IMG/VR virus record: IMGVR_UViG_3300028797_000145 | Location: 22,892 to 86,891 of that record | Source of the DNA: a virus | Lineage: Duplodnaviria > Caudoviricetes | Reading direction: 5' to 3' (one strand) | DNA: 64,000 bases | Shown: one piece after another, positions 8,692 to 16,726 of the stretch | Layout of the letters: each line of letters begins with the position of its first letter | How positions within the stretch are numbered: the stretch's first letter is position 1 | Notes under the pieces: generated by a model | What the model was told of the DNA's origin: nothing | The model's database searches: none | The model's input: the letters and a program-made list of their open reading frames with translations, nothing else | Program-made: the position numbers and the translations under genes

Positions 8692-8874
8692 TCATTCGTT
8701 AGCATTGGACAGTATAACTTCCCCGCAAGTCTCACAAATATCACACTCAAACGGGTAAATAGTTTGTCCTTTTTTCTTTTTCATCTTTATGCCGTATCCA
8801 ATAGGCAATTCGCACCTGCAAAGCGCATATACATAATTGTCATTGTCGATAGGATATACATATTCAGGTTTCAT
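8692..8874 (-). CDS. small Cys-containing protein
   Basis: CRCE...CETCGE. Confidence 0.55.
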   Translation of the reverse strand: MKPEYVYPIDNDNYVYALCRCELPIGYGIKMKKKKGQTIYPFECDICETCGEVILSNANE

Positions 8875-9113
8875 CCTTTCTCTCCTTTCCATTCATACCC
8901 CGTTTCCTCAAACAGTTTCTTCGGAGAAATATAATAGTTGATCCTGCCATACCTACTATTGCACTCCTCCAAATCCTCAATAACTCTCCCTTTCCTGGTC
9001 GCCACACCGATCGGAAGCCATCCAGATATAATCCCAGCTCTGACCCAGCACGGATCCTTCCCATAGACGCGAGCTGCCACGGCTACGGGTACGGACCCTT
9101 GAGGGAAAGTCAT
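8871..9113 (-). CDS. putative HTH DNA-binding / excisionase-like protein
   Basis: SVPVAVAARVYGKDPCWVRAGIISGWLPIG has a MerR/Xis-like HTH pattern. Confidence 0.55.
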   Translation of the reverse strand: MTFPQGSVPVAVAARVYGKDPCWVRAGIISGWLPIGVATRKGRVIEDLEECNSRYGRINYYISPKKLFEETGYEWKGEKG

Positions 9114-9313
9114 TCTGAATACATGTATACAGTAAGACCAGTATCTTTATATACACTATTCATATTTGAAGGTTGATTACACCAATCTATTACTACATTT
9201 GCTGTTTCCTCATCAAAATCTTCCTTCACGTGTTTATACACATCATTTAAGGCGTTATAAACTATTACCATGCCTCCAGATCCCCAATTTTCCTCAACTT
9301 GATAATAAATCAT
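9110..9313 (-). CDS. hypothetical protein
   Basis: ORF track; AGGAGG RBS. Confidence 0.65.
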   Translation of the reverse strand: MIYYQVEENWGSGGMVIVYNALNDVYKHVKEDFDEETANVVIDWCNQPSNMNSVYKDTGLTVYMYSE

Positions 9314-9333
9314 AAGCTACCTCCTAAATATAA

Positions 9334-10446
9334 TTAATCAATCTGAATTACAGTTTGTGCTGGTTCGTCCGTACAAGTCCCTTGCAGTGCTTTACGGTGA
9401 TGCACGCTAGGCTTAACATAAACCACACGTCCGCTTTTAAGTTTTCTTTCATGACCTCTGGTATTCCATGAAGCTACTTTATAGCGAATAATCCTCTCAT
9501 AGTTTGCTTCTCTTGGAATATCCACAGATTTGATTGAGATTCCTGACTCACCGACATTTCTTATTAACTGCTTCTTTCTTTTCTCATCAGTTACCTCAGC
9601 GACGCCATTTGCCTTTCCGTTTGCTGATGATCTCTTTGTGTGCAGTTTGTTTTTGGAAAGTTCCATATTAGTTTTAACAACACACCAAATATAATTGTTT
9701 ACTACATGCGGCTTACCTTCATCCTCATCCATCTGATCGATAAGCATGACGTCCGGAATAACAACTTTGTTCCAAAAGAGTTTCTCATCTTCGGTGAAAT
9801 CCATATTCAATGGAGATATCACACTAAACAGCTCTGATAATGGAGCATAAATTTCATCTATTATTGAGATGGTTCCATCTTTCCACATGAGCTCAACCAC
9901 TGAAGAGCTATTCATTGCCCAAACTGATTTGTCTTTGCCATAGTCTTCCAAATATAATTTGTATTTGTGTTCATCGACATTAAGATCAACGACATCAAAT
10001 ATCAAATATCTGCCGCTGTTAACCTTAATCACTCCACGAGTCATTGGCGGAACAAAGCAATATGGATGGGTTTTAATATACTCTTCTTCGTCATCCGATC
10101 GATGATAAGATGGCAGATCTCCTCCGGATTTTATACCATCTTTATTAATTAAACCAGTTATATCAATAGTATCTTGCTCTTTTACTTCTTTTCTTGTAAG
10201 CATATGACCTTTTTCGATAAGTGTTCTAAAATATCTATTGATAAGATCCATTTCTCTTTGTTCAAAAACCTGTCGGCCATTAGCTGGATCCTTTTCCTCG
10301 GGCGTTAGAAATAACTTATTTTCATATTTTTTAGATGCTGCAATGTACGATGCATACATCCTAGATTTTATTGTGTCATAGTTGATTTCTTTCCGCCCAT
10401 TTCCTTTTGTAACGCTCGAGACATCCATCACACGTTTACGACTCAT
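9334..10446 (-). CDS. 370-aa protein of unknown function with basic C-terminal RGH-x-R motif
   Basis: ORF track; WNTRGHERKLKSGRVVYVKP. Confidence 0.8.
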   Translation of the reverse strand: MSRKRVMDVSSVTKGNGRKEINYDTIKSRMYASYIAASKKYENKLFLTPEEKDPANGRQVFEQREMDLINRYFRTLIEKGHMLTRKEVKEQDTIDITGLINKDGIKSGGDLPSYHRSDDEEEYIKTHPYCFVPPMTRGVIKVNSGRYLIFDVVDLNVDEHKYKLYLEDYGKDKSVWAMNSSSVVELMWKDGTISIIDEIYAPLSELFSVISPLNMDFTEDEKLFWNKVVIPDVMLIDQMDEDEGKPHVVNNYIWCVVKTNMELSKNKLHTKRSSANGKANGVAEVTDEKRKKQLIRNVGESGISIKSVDIPREANYERIIRYKVASWNTRGHERKLKSGRVVYVKPSVHHRKALQGTCTDEPAQTVIQID

Positions 10447-10536
10447 ACCACTACCTCCTTAAAATATCATAAATTGTCTGTTTACATAAGCCTTGTATTA
10501 TCGTTAACCAAAATGAGACGATTAAAGGTTAGACTT

Positions 10537-10737
10537 TTACCAAAGCCCATAATTCTTTTCATACATCTCTTCGAACTTGGATCCAAATATAAGTTCCCGG
10601 ATCAGATTGGCTTCGTATTCGTAATCGCCGTTCGCCTCTTCGATGATCTTATATCCAAAATCTTTGAGTCTGACAGGAGTTCCACCAGCAGCCCAATATC
10701 CTGCATCCACGTTAACCCATGAATCTGTGAAAGCCAT
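10537..10737 (-). CDS. hypothetical protein
   Basis: ORF track; start abuts upstream stop. Confidence 0.65.
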   Translation of the reverse strand: MAFTDSWVNVDAGYWAAGGTPVRLKDFGYKIIEEANGDYEYEANLIRELIFGSKFEEMYEKNYGLW

Positions 10738-10866
10738 CTAATCATCTCCTTCCTCATCCGAAATATAATCGAGATACTCCCTTTCTGTCGGAAATGCCAT
10801 GTATCGCTGCTCCTCTTCGATCCATCCCCAGTAAATTGCTCCTGTGTAGTATCCCTTAACAATCAT
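10738..10866 (-). CDS. 42-aa aromatic-rich small protein
   Basis: Read manually: MIVKGYYTGAIYWGWIEEEQRYMAFPTEREYLDYISDEEGDD; ATGA overlap with PARG stop; more plausible than track ORF 10602..10862. Confidence 0.7.
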   Translation of the reverse strand: MIVKGYYTGAIYWGWIEEEQRYMAFPTEREYLDYISDEEGDD

Positions 10867-11657
10867 CCGAACACCTCCTTAAATATCTCGTAGTTGTCTG
10901 GATCTGCGCCTTTGTATACAGCAAATTCGATCTTGTCAAATACTTTAGGGAATACTTTGATTGCATTGAACCATGCCCCCGCAACAGTAACCGGATCATT
11001 CATGAAAGCTCCACATCCAAATGCTCCAAGGACCAAAATATCAGAACCTTCACTTGCAGCACAGGTAAGCATGTGCATAGCTCTTTTGAAATGAATAGAA
11101 TATAACTCCAAAGGATTCTTATCTTCGTAACCTAAATCCGGAGCCGCCATAGTTATTACATCTACCTTGTACCAGTCAGACTTTGGAAGTAATTCCGGTC
11201 TTTCCGTATCAGACTTGAATACCACAATATCCTTGCTGTAGATCAAAGAGTCGGTACTATCGAGTGGATCTATGTCCTCATTATTCCGATAAAAGCAATC
11301 GAGTTTTTCATCAAGAATTACGGGATATAACGTAGAAATCCTACACAATGATTCCTCTTGAGCTGAAGCACCATTAAGAACCCCACCTCCAGGTACAACA
11401 CCATTTGCAAAGTTAAGAACAGCAATCCTTGAATCCGGATTCTCGAGTCTCAATATTCTTGCTGCCTCAAAGCTACGATCACCGGATACAGAAATATCAG
11501 CTTCTTTGCTTCTAATCGGACGATTAACAATGGGCCATTCGTCTTCAAAATATACTCTGCTGTTATCAACAGAATCCTGAACGCATTTGTCTAAATGGCC
11601 AGAGTTAAAAATATAATTCAAAGTGTCAGCGAATATTTTTACGTTTTCCTCTCCCAT
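10863..11657 (-). CDS. bacterial-type poly(ADP-ribose) glycohydrolase macrodomain (TIGR02452/DUF2263-like)
   Basis: VLNFAN..PGGGVLNGASAQEESLCR matches PARG signature GGG-X6-8-QEE; LVLGAFGCGAF loop. Confidence 0.9.
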   Translation of the reverse strand: MGEENVKIFADTLNYIFNSGHLDKCVQDSVDNSRVYFEDEWPIVNRPIRSKEADISVSGDRSFEAARILRLENPDSRIAVLNFANGVVPGGGVLNGASAQEESLCRISTLYPVILDEKLDCFYRNNEDIDPLDSTDSLIYSKDIVVFKSDTERPELLPKSDWYKVDVITMAAPDLGYEDKNPLELYSIHFKRAMHMLTCAASEGSDILVLGAFGCGAFMNDPVTVAGAWFNAIKVFPKVFDKIEFAVYKGADPDNYEIFKEVFG

Positions 11658-11682
11658 AAACTACCTCCTTTGCATAAAGAAA

Positions 11683-11710
11683 AGACCCTCAGCCGTTAAG
11701 CCAAGGGTCT
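11683..11710 (-). terminator. intrinsic terminator
   Basis: AGACCCT/AGGGTCT stem, T-rich tail on minus strand. Confidence 0.6.
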
Positions 11711-11717
11711 CTAGTTA

Positions 11718-12035
11718 TTAGTGCATTACGAATATGATTTCGTCAAACTTTTGATCTTTTGTGAATCCGGTTATCTCTGGGATCATTGCCTCAGACATCT
11801 CTGAAAGGTCATCGAGTGATACGCTCTCAAATCCCCAGATACCATTGGGCCAGGCCTTTCCTTCAAAAGTGTTCTTTCCGGTGTCGATGAGGATCTCTGC
11901 CGCCTCATCATTTCCTCTAAGTACCAAATATAACGCTGTGCCTCCTGCCAGGGCTAAGGTGGTTCCTACTGCGATCTTCTTCCAGTTTCTCTTGATGAAT
12001 TCGTTTACCTTCTGCTTCTTTGTTACAACTTTCAT
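11718..12035 (-). CDS. small single-pass membrane protein
   Basis: WKKIAVGTTLALAGGTALYLVL. Confidence 0.75.
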   Translation of the reverse strand: MKVVTKKQKVNEFIKRNWKKIAVGTTLALAGGTALYLVLRGNDEAAEILIDTGKNTFEGKAWPNGIWGFESVSLDDLSEMSEAMIPEITGFTKDQKFDEIIFVMH

Positions 12036-12241
12036 TTTTCTACCTCCTCTTTAACGATCTGCTTCTGAGTAATTACACCAATAATCCGTCCACGTCCAAG
12101 ATCTTCTACTTTCACTTCGTAAGCTCTTACTAATTCCGGGCAAGGCTCGAAGTTTGCAAGGAGTTCGTCAATCAAATTCCTAGCGTTGGATTTCTCATTG
12201 ATCTCCATCTTGAAAGATACGTTGTAAGTTCTCGTTACCAT
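12032..12241 (-). CDS. hypothetical protein, probable start MVTRT
   Basis: AAAGGAG before ATG at 12241. Confidence 0.6.
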   Translation of the reverse strand: MVTRTYNVSFKMEINEKSNARNLIDELLANFEPCPELVRAYEVKVEDLGRGRIIGVITQKQIVKEEVEK

Positions 12242-12337
12242 GTTTTCGTGCTCCTTTCGTAAATATGATTTAGTTAACTGAAACAAAAGGAGAGTGTGCC
12301 ACCAATTATGGCGAGCGCATACAAGCGCTTTCACTCT

Positions 12338-12364
12338 CCATTAAAGAACGTGTAAAATGTGCGA
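12338..12364 (-). promoter_or_regulatory. 27-bp motif P4
   Basis: TCGCA CATTT TACA CGTTC TTTAATGG. Confidence 0.75.
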
Positions 12365-12379
12365 ACAAAAAAGAAGAGC

Positions 12380-12583
12380 CTATTTACGGCCCTTCCTAAT
12401 TTCTGCTTCCTCAATAAATATTACTGCCATGAATAGCAATGTATACAATAGAAACAAAATTACTGATGGAACCAATGTTTCTTTGATACTATATCCATCC
12501 CATCTCAGGAATATGATACTTATCATCATTATGGCTCCTATCAAATATCTGATTCCATTAAGCATAACTTTTACTACTTTCAT
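12380..12583 (-). CDS. small two-helix membrane protein
   Basis: Two hydrophobic stretches; downstream of P5. Confidence 0.7.
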   Translation of the reverse strand: MKVVKVMLNGIRYLIGAIMMISIIFLRWDGYSIKETLVPSVILFLLYTLLFMAVIFIEEAEIRKGRK

Positions 12584-12611
12584 TTCACAGTTCTCCTTTC
12601 TATTTTATTCT

Positions 12612-12638
12612 GCATAATAGCAGGTGTTATTTGTGCGA
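12612..12638 (-). promoter_or_regulatory. 27-bp motif P5
   Basis: TCGCA CAAAT AACA CCTGC TATTATGC. Confidence 0.75.
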
Positions 12639-12666
12639 ACAAAAAATAGGAAAAGCCCAAGCGGGC

Positions 12667-12876
12667 TCATCCTACTACTTCTACATCTCTATAAATCTCT
12701 ACGACATCACACGCGTTAATCGTGTAAACTACGTTTTCTCTTTTGTTCTCTTCTCTAAGTTGCTTAAGTTCTTTAGCTTTCTTACATGCCTTACTTGAGG
12801 CTTTAATTGTAGCCGTTGTAAGTTCCGTTACTGCTATGTTTATAAGTGCCTTTTGAATAAAGTTAAGTTCCTTCAT
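12667..12876 (-). CDS. hypothetical protein, start MKELN
   Basis: AAGGAGG RBS; downstream of P6. Confidence 0.65.
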   Translation of the reverse strand: MKELNFIQKALINIAVTELTTATIKASSKACKKAKELKQLREENKRENVVYTINACDVVEIYRDVEVVG

Positions 12877-12911
12877 AGTGTTTTCCTCCTTTTCTAAAGC
12901 GTGCTTCTGTC

Positions 12912-12938
12912 TCATATAAGGGTGTGTTATTTGTGCGT
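12912..12938 (-). promoter_or_regulatory. 27-bp motif P6
   Basis: ACGCA CAAAT AACA CACCC TTATATGA. Confidence 0.7.
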
Positions 12939-13004
12939 ACAAAAATGAAAAAGAAAGAGACCTGGTTAAAACTGCTGCCAAGTCTCTTTCATTGGAAAGG
13001 AGGT

Positions 13005-13313
13005 TTAGATTGTTCCGTTAATGACTTTTAAATATTGTTTTCTTTCTTCGGGTGTTAATTTCTGAAAGTTCTCATAAAACTCTTCTAAAACCGAAGTCCT
13101 TTTTTCTACTGAATTTACATAATCATGAATCAACCGTTGTGCTTCATTAACATTTGTTTCTAATACTGCCATATTAACAGCATCTTTCTTAAGCCTTTCG
13201 ATTTCTTCTTCCGTGTCTTTCAAAGACTTTCGATCATAGACTTTAAGTAATACTAATCCTGCTCCAGTTAAAACTACACTAACTGTTAAAGCTACAATAA
13301 GTTTGTTATTCAT
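13005..13313 (-). CDS. N-terminally anchored coiled-coil membrane protein, paralog of 13911..14189
   Basis: TM helix; C-terminus EFYENFQKL...KVING. Confidence 0.75.
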   Translation of the reverse strand: MNNKLIVALTVSVVLTGAGLVLLKVYDRKSLKDTEEEIERLKKDAVNMAVLETNVNEAQRLIHDYVNSVEKRTSVLEEFYENFQKLTPEERKQYLKVINGTI

Positions 13314-13339
13314 ATCGAATACCTCCTTTACTATCCTTT

Positions 13340-13366
13340 CCATAATAGAAGAAGTTAATATTGCAA
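13340..13366 (-). promoter_or_regulatory. 27-bp motif P7 (variant)
   Basis: TTGCA ATATT AACT TCTTC TATTATGG. Confidence 0.65.
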
Positions 13367-13511
13367 AAAAAAAAAATAGAACGTGGGTTTCTCGTTAATG
13401 TCGATTCTGTATACTATATCAACAGCCATACTCCCCGCTTGTGTATGTTCCTACGTATTACCTTTGAGTATATTCGACTAACCTCAATGTAATCCATGTA
13501 TACCTCTTTTT

Positions 13512-13538
13512 CCATTAAAGGATATGCAAATTTTGCGA
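13512..13538 (-). promoter_or_regulatory. 27-bp motif P8
   Basis: TCGCA AAATT TGCA TATCC TTTAATGG. Confidence 0.75.
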
Positions 13539-13592
13539 AAAAGAATAGGGAGTGCAAATATCACACTCCCATAATCTTTTATCCTTCTAATT

Positions 13593-13787
13593 TTACTCCG
13601 ATTTCTCCTTTCCGAATGCTTTACGAATAGATTCGAAATAAGCCTCAATCGCTTCGTGTTCCTTATCCCATTCTTTTTGTTTCTTTTCATACTTTTTTAT
13701 TTCATTTTTCGTTACTACTATACTAATACCACTTCCAATAATAATTGGTGCACATACTAAAGCTACTATTTTTTCCACTGCGTTCAT
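13593..13787 (-). CDS. small single-pass membrane protein
   Basis: IVALVCAPIIIGSGISIVV then charged tail. Confidence 0.75.
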   Translation of the reverse strand: MNAVEKIVALVCAPIIIGSGISIVVTKNEIKKYEKKQKEWDKEHEAIEAYFESIRKAFGKEKSE

Positions 13788-13824
13788 ACTGTTACCTCCT
13801 TTTTAAATATAGATTTGCATGTGT

Positions 13825-13851
13825 CCATAAAGGAATATGTTATTATTGCGA
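13825..13851 (-). promoter_or_regulatory. 27-bp motif P9
   Basis: TCGCA ATAAT AACA TATTC CTTTATGG. Confidence 0.7.
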
Positions 13852-13864
13852 AAAGAAAAGGAAC

Positions 13865-13889
13865 AGACCTAGTAAATATCACTAGGCCT
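13865..13889 (-). terminator. terminator-like hairpin upstream of P9
   Basis: CCTAGT/ACTAGG stem. Confidence 0.55.
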
Positions 13890-13910
13890 GCACCTTATTG
13901 GAAAGGAGGT

Positions 13911-14189
13911 TTAGATAAATCCGTTAATCTGCTTTAAAACTGCTTTCTTTTCTCCCTTATCTAATTGTTGAAATTGCTTGTAAAACTCATCAATTAATAA
14001 ATCGTGGTCGATCCATGTACTCGAAATGTTGTCTTCAGTATCTTTTATGCTATCCCTAAGTCTTTCCTTAAGTTCTTGTAACTCTTTTTCGGTTTCTTGT
14101 TCGACCCGCTTATTAAACTTTCTGATCGTAATATAAGCTGCTCCAGTTGCCAATAAAAGGCTTGTTAAAATAATCGCATTTTTGTTCAT
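13911..14189 (-). CDS. N-terminally anchored coiled-coil membrane protein, paralog of 13005..13313
   Basis: TM helix; C-terminus EFYKQFQQL...KQING. Confidence 0.75.
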   Translation of the reverse strand: MNKNAIILTSLLLATGAAYITIRKFNKRVEQETEKELQELKERLRDSIKDTEDNISSTWIDHDLLIDEFYKQFQQLDKGEKKAVLKQINGFI

Positions 14190-14218
14190 ATTATTACCTC
14201 CTTTTCTTAACTTCCTTT

Positions 14219-14245
14219 CCATTAAAGGACATGTATTTTATGCGT
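14219..14245 (-). promoter_or_regulatory. 27-bp motif P10
   Basis: ACGCA TAAAA TACA TGTCC TTTAATGG. Confidence 0.7.
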
Positions 14246-14279
14246 ACAAAAATAAAAAAAATAAAAGAGAAAGGTGCTG

Positions 14280-14549
14280 TTACGCACCAATCTCTATTGC
14301 CTTATCTAAAACCTTATTTACTTCCATGTACTGTGTCCATCCGTTCTCTCTGGTATACCACTTAGGTTCATCAAAATGGGATACACGAATATAAGGTACA
14401 TACAGGTCTTTATACTTCCTAGGGTTCTTTTTCTTCTTCTCATACTCTTCTCTAGAAAGTACATACACCTGATCCAAACCATTATCCGTATATTCCGTAT
14501 AATGAATATTGTGTTCCTCCAAAAAGTTAATAAATTCTTCTTTAGTCAT
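14280..14549 (-). CDS. hypothetical protein
   Basis: ORF track; GGAGG RBS; downstream of P11. Confidence 0.75.
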   Translation of the reverse strand: MTKEEFINFLEEHNIHYTEYTDNGLDQVYVLSREEYEKKKKNPRKYKDLYVPYIRVSHFDEPKWYTRENGWTQYMEVNKVLDKAIEIGA

Positions 14550-14577
14550 AGTCCTTTCCTCCTTTTGGTTTTTTGTT

Positions 14578-14604
14578 GCATAATAGACTATGCTTTTTAT
14601 GCGA
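14578..14604 (-). promoter_or_regulatory. 27-bp motif P11
   Basis: TCGCA TAAAA AGCA TAGTC TATTATGC. Confidence 0.75.
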
Positions 14605-14642
14605 AAAAGAAGAGACTATGTAAGCCCTCTTCTTGCTGGTTC

Positions 14643-14975
14643 TTAGTAATGTCTCTTGATGATAAATGACTGGGTAATCTTCGGAAGCGTGAAGAGATAC
14701 AATGCGGTGTCGTTCAGACCTGTTGCCAGTTCGGTTCTGCATTTTCTCTCAACTTCTTCGAAGGGAAATGCTCCTTCTTCAAAGCCGGGTTTTGATCCCC
14801 AATACTGGTTACATAATCTGATCCACCTAAGTACATCTTCAATGTTCCGATAAACGTTCCAGACAAGCTGATCGTCAAGTCCTTCTTCAGTTACCGCGCA
14901 AGAAACGGAATATAATTCCTCTTCTCCCTGGTTCCTAAGCCGTTCTACAGCCTCGTTTAAAGTTTCAGTGTTCAT
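14643..14975 (-). CDS. hypothetical protein
   Basis: ORF track; AAGGAGG RBS; downstream of P12. Confidence 0.75.
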   Translation of the reverse strand: MNTETLNEAVERLRNQGEEELYSVSCAVTEEGLDDQLVWNVYRNIEDVLRWIRLCNQYWGSKPGFEEGAFPFEEVERKCRTELATGLNDTALYLFTLPKITQSFIIKRHY

Positions 14976-15014
14976 ACTGTTACCTCCTTCTCTGGGTTGT
15001 TTAACTACTTTGTT

Positions 15015-15041
15015 CCATTAAAGGACGTGCCAAATATGCGA
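15015..15041 (-). promoter_or_regulatory. 27-bp motif P12
   Basis: TCGCA TATTT GGCA CGTCC TTTAATGG. Confidence 0.75.
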
Positions 15042-15050
15042 GTATAGGAC

Positions 15051-15080
15051 TTGACAATTCCTACAACAAAAATATAAAAT
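15051..15080 (+). promoter_or_regulatory. sigma70/sigA-like promoter for integrase
   Basis: TTGACA-N18-TAAAAT (or N16-TATAAA), about 35 bp upstream of int start. Confidence 0.6.
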
Positions 15081-15115
15081 AAAGGAAGTTCTAACTATGC
15101 GAAAGGAGAAATACC

Positions 15116-16309
15116 ATGTTAATCAAATGCCCCGAATGTAGTTTGCAAATATCGGATAAAGCGGTGTCTTGTCCGCACTGTGGTTACCCTCTTAAACCGG
15201 AAGCCGTCCGTACACGGTCTTCAACTAGACGTAAAAGACTTCCAAATGGTTTTGGACAAATATCGAAAATCCGAAACAAATCACTCAGGAAACCTTACAG
15301 AGCTATGGTCTCTGTTGGAAAGGATCCGGAGACAGGAAGGCCAATATGTAAATTGCTTCAACCAGTTGCTTACTTTGCAACATACAATGAAGCTTACGAG
15401 GCTCTACTTAAATATAATAGAGATCCGTCCGTACAAGGCTCTAGCATGACCGTAGAAGAGCTTTTCAATGAATGGTCCGAATGGTACTTCCCAGCTCTAA
15501 GTAAATCCGCAATAGAGACTCATATGGTTGCGTGGAAATACTCAAAACTATTACATCATGTGAGAGTTTCTGAGTTAAGAACAAAAAATATAAGAGACTG
15601 TATCGATCAATGTGAATCTCTTACTACAAAACCTAGAATTAAGACTCTATTTAGTTTAATGCTTGACTATGCAGTAGAACATGAATATATTGATCAGAAC
15701 TATGCCAAGATTATTAAACTAAACCCTACCATTGCAAAAGAGTTAGGCGTGGTTAAGAACAAACACATAGCATTTACTGAAGAAGAGATAAATATAATGT
15801 GGAGGAATGTTGACGAAGTGCCATTCGTTGATTGGATGTTAATACAATGTTACACTGGTATGCGTCCCAGAGAACTTCTCAATGTACAAGTAGAGAATGT
15901 GGATCTAAACCAAAATATAATCATAGCTGGAATGAAAACGGATGCCGGTAAGGATCGAGTAATTCCTATCCATGCAAAAATAAGAGGACTTGTTAAAAGT
16001 AAGATACGAGTAGCTGAGTATTTAGATAGTCCCTATCTGTTTAATCAGCCAAATAGCATTGGTATGAGCTATACAACCTATAACAAATACTTCACAGAAA
16101 TCGTGTTACAGTTAGGGTTGAACGAGAAGCACCGACCTCATGATCCTCGTAAGACTTTTGTCACTATGGCCAAAAAATATAACGTAGACGAGTACGCAAT
16201 CAAAAGAATAATAGGCCATGCGACTGGTGACTTAACTGAGGATCGATACACCGAAAGAAATATAGAATGGTTAAAAGAAGAGGTAGAGAAGATAGGGAGC
16301 CCGGTTTAG
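15116..16309 (+). CDS. int: tyrosine recombinase/integrase with N-terminal Zn-ribbon
   Basis: TGMRPREL (R), GMKT (K), HDPR (HxxR), IIGH and RY catalytic set; CPEC...CPHCG; RLPNGFGQI arm-binding region. Confidence 0.95.
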   Translation: MLIKCPECSLQISDKAVSCPHCGYPLKPEAVRTRSSTRRKRLPNGFGQISKIRNKSLRKPYRAMVSVGKDPETGRPICKLLQPVAYFATYNEAYEALLKYNRDPSVQGSSMTVEELFNEWSEWYFPALSKSAIETHMVAWKYSKLLHHVRVSELRTKNIRDCIDQCESLTTKPRIKTLFSLMLDYAVEHEYIDQNYAKIIKLNPTIAKELGVVKNKHIAFTEEEINIMWRNVDEVPFVDWMLIQCYTGMRPRELLNVQVENVDLNQNIIIAGMKTDAGKDRVIPIHAKIRGLVKSKIRVAEYLDSPYLFNQPNSIGMSYTTYNKYFTEIVLQLGLNEKHRPHDPRKTFVTMAKKYNVDEYAIKRIIGHATGDLTEDRYTERNIEWLKEEVEKIGSPV

Positions 16310-16464
16310 GACTCCCTTCCAAGTGATTCAAGAGTTTTTATTGATTCTAAGTATAGCCTGTCTTTCTCATCTTTCTTTCTGCCAGATTTCTTTATCTTGT
16401 AGATAGAGAGCGCCAGATCTGCAACAATTGCTAAACCAGATAAAAGTAAGATTTTGTTTTTCAT
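16306..16464 (-). CDS. small single-pass membrane protein
   Basis: MKNKILLLSGLAIVADLAL; AAGGAGG RBS. Confidence 0.7.
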   Translation of the reverse strand: MKNKILLLSGLAIVADLALSIYKIKKSGRKKDEKDRLYLESIKTLESLGRES

Positions 16465-16509
16465 TTTGATTACCTCCTTTAAGAAAAAATAAGAAGAGGA
16501 AGAGACCAT

Positions 16510-16695
16510 TTAGGCCTCCTCTTCCTTTGCTTCCTCATTAAACTTCTCAGCTTGCTCATCCGCTTTCATTGCCAAGGAATCCATTGCTTGTACAAACAGT
16601 ACATTTGTTGCTTTCTTTTTCATATACATACCAATTGCTACACATCCTGCTACTGCTACTACAACTACGGTTCCTAATACAACTTCTTTGTTCAT
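16510..16695 (-). CDS. small single-pass membrane protein
   Basis: MNKEVVLGTVVVVAVAGCVAIG; AGGAGG RBS. Confidence 0.75.
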   Translation of the reverse strand: MNKEVVLGTVVVVAVAGCVAIGMYMKKKATNVLFVQAMDSLAMKADEQAEKFNEEAKEEEA

Positions 16696-16726
16696 ATCGC
16701 TACCTCCTAAAAGTTTTATTGTTGTT

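Noticed and set aside
10602-10862. Track ORF of 86 aa
   Set aside because: It overlaps two better-supported ORFs (10738..10866 and 10537..10737) that have RBSs and coupled start/stop junctions.
13365-13376. Twelve-A homopolymer as a phase-variation switch
   Set aside because: It lies upstream of the P7 box, so length changes would not alter motif spacing or a supported reading frame. It probably serves as a U-tract or UP element, or is a sequencing artefact.
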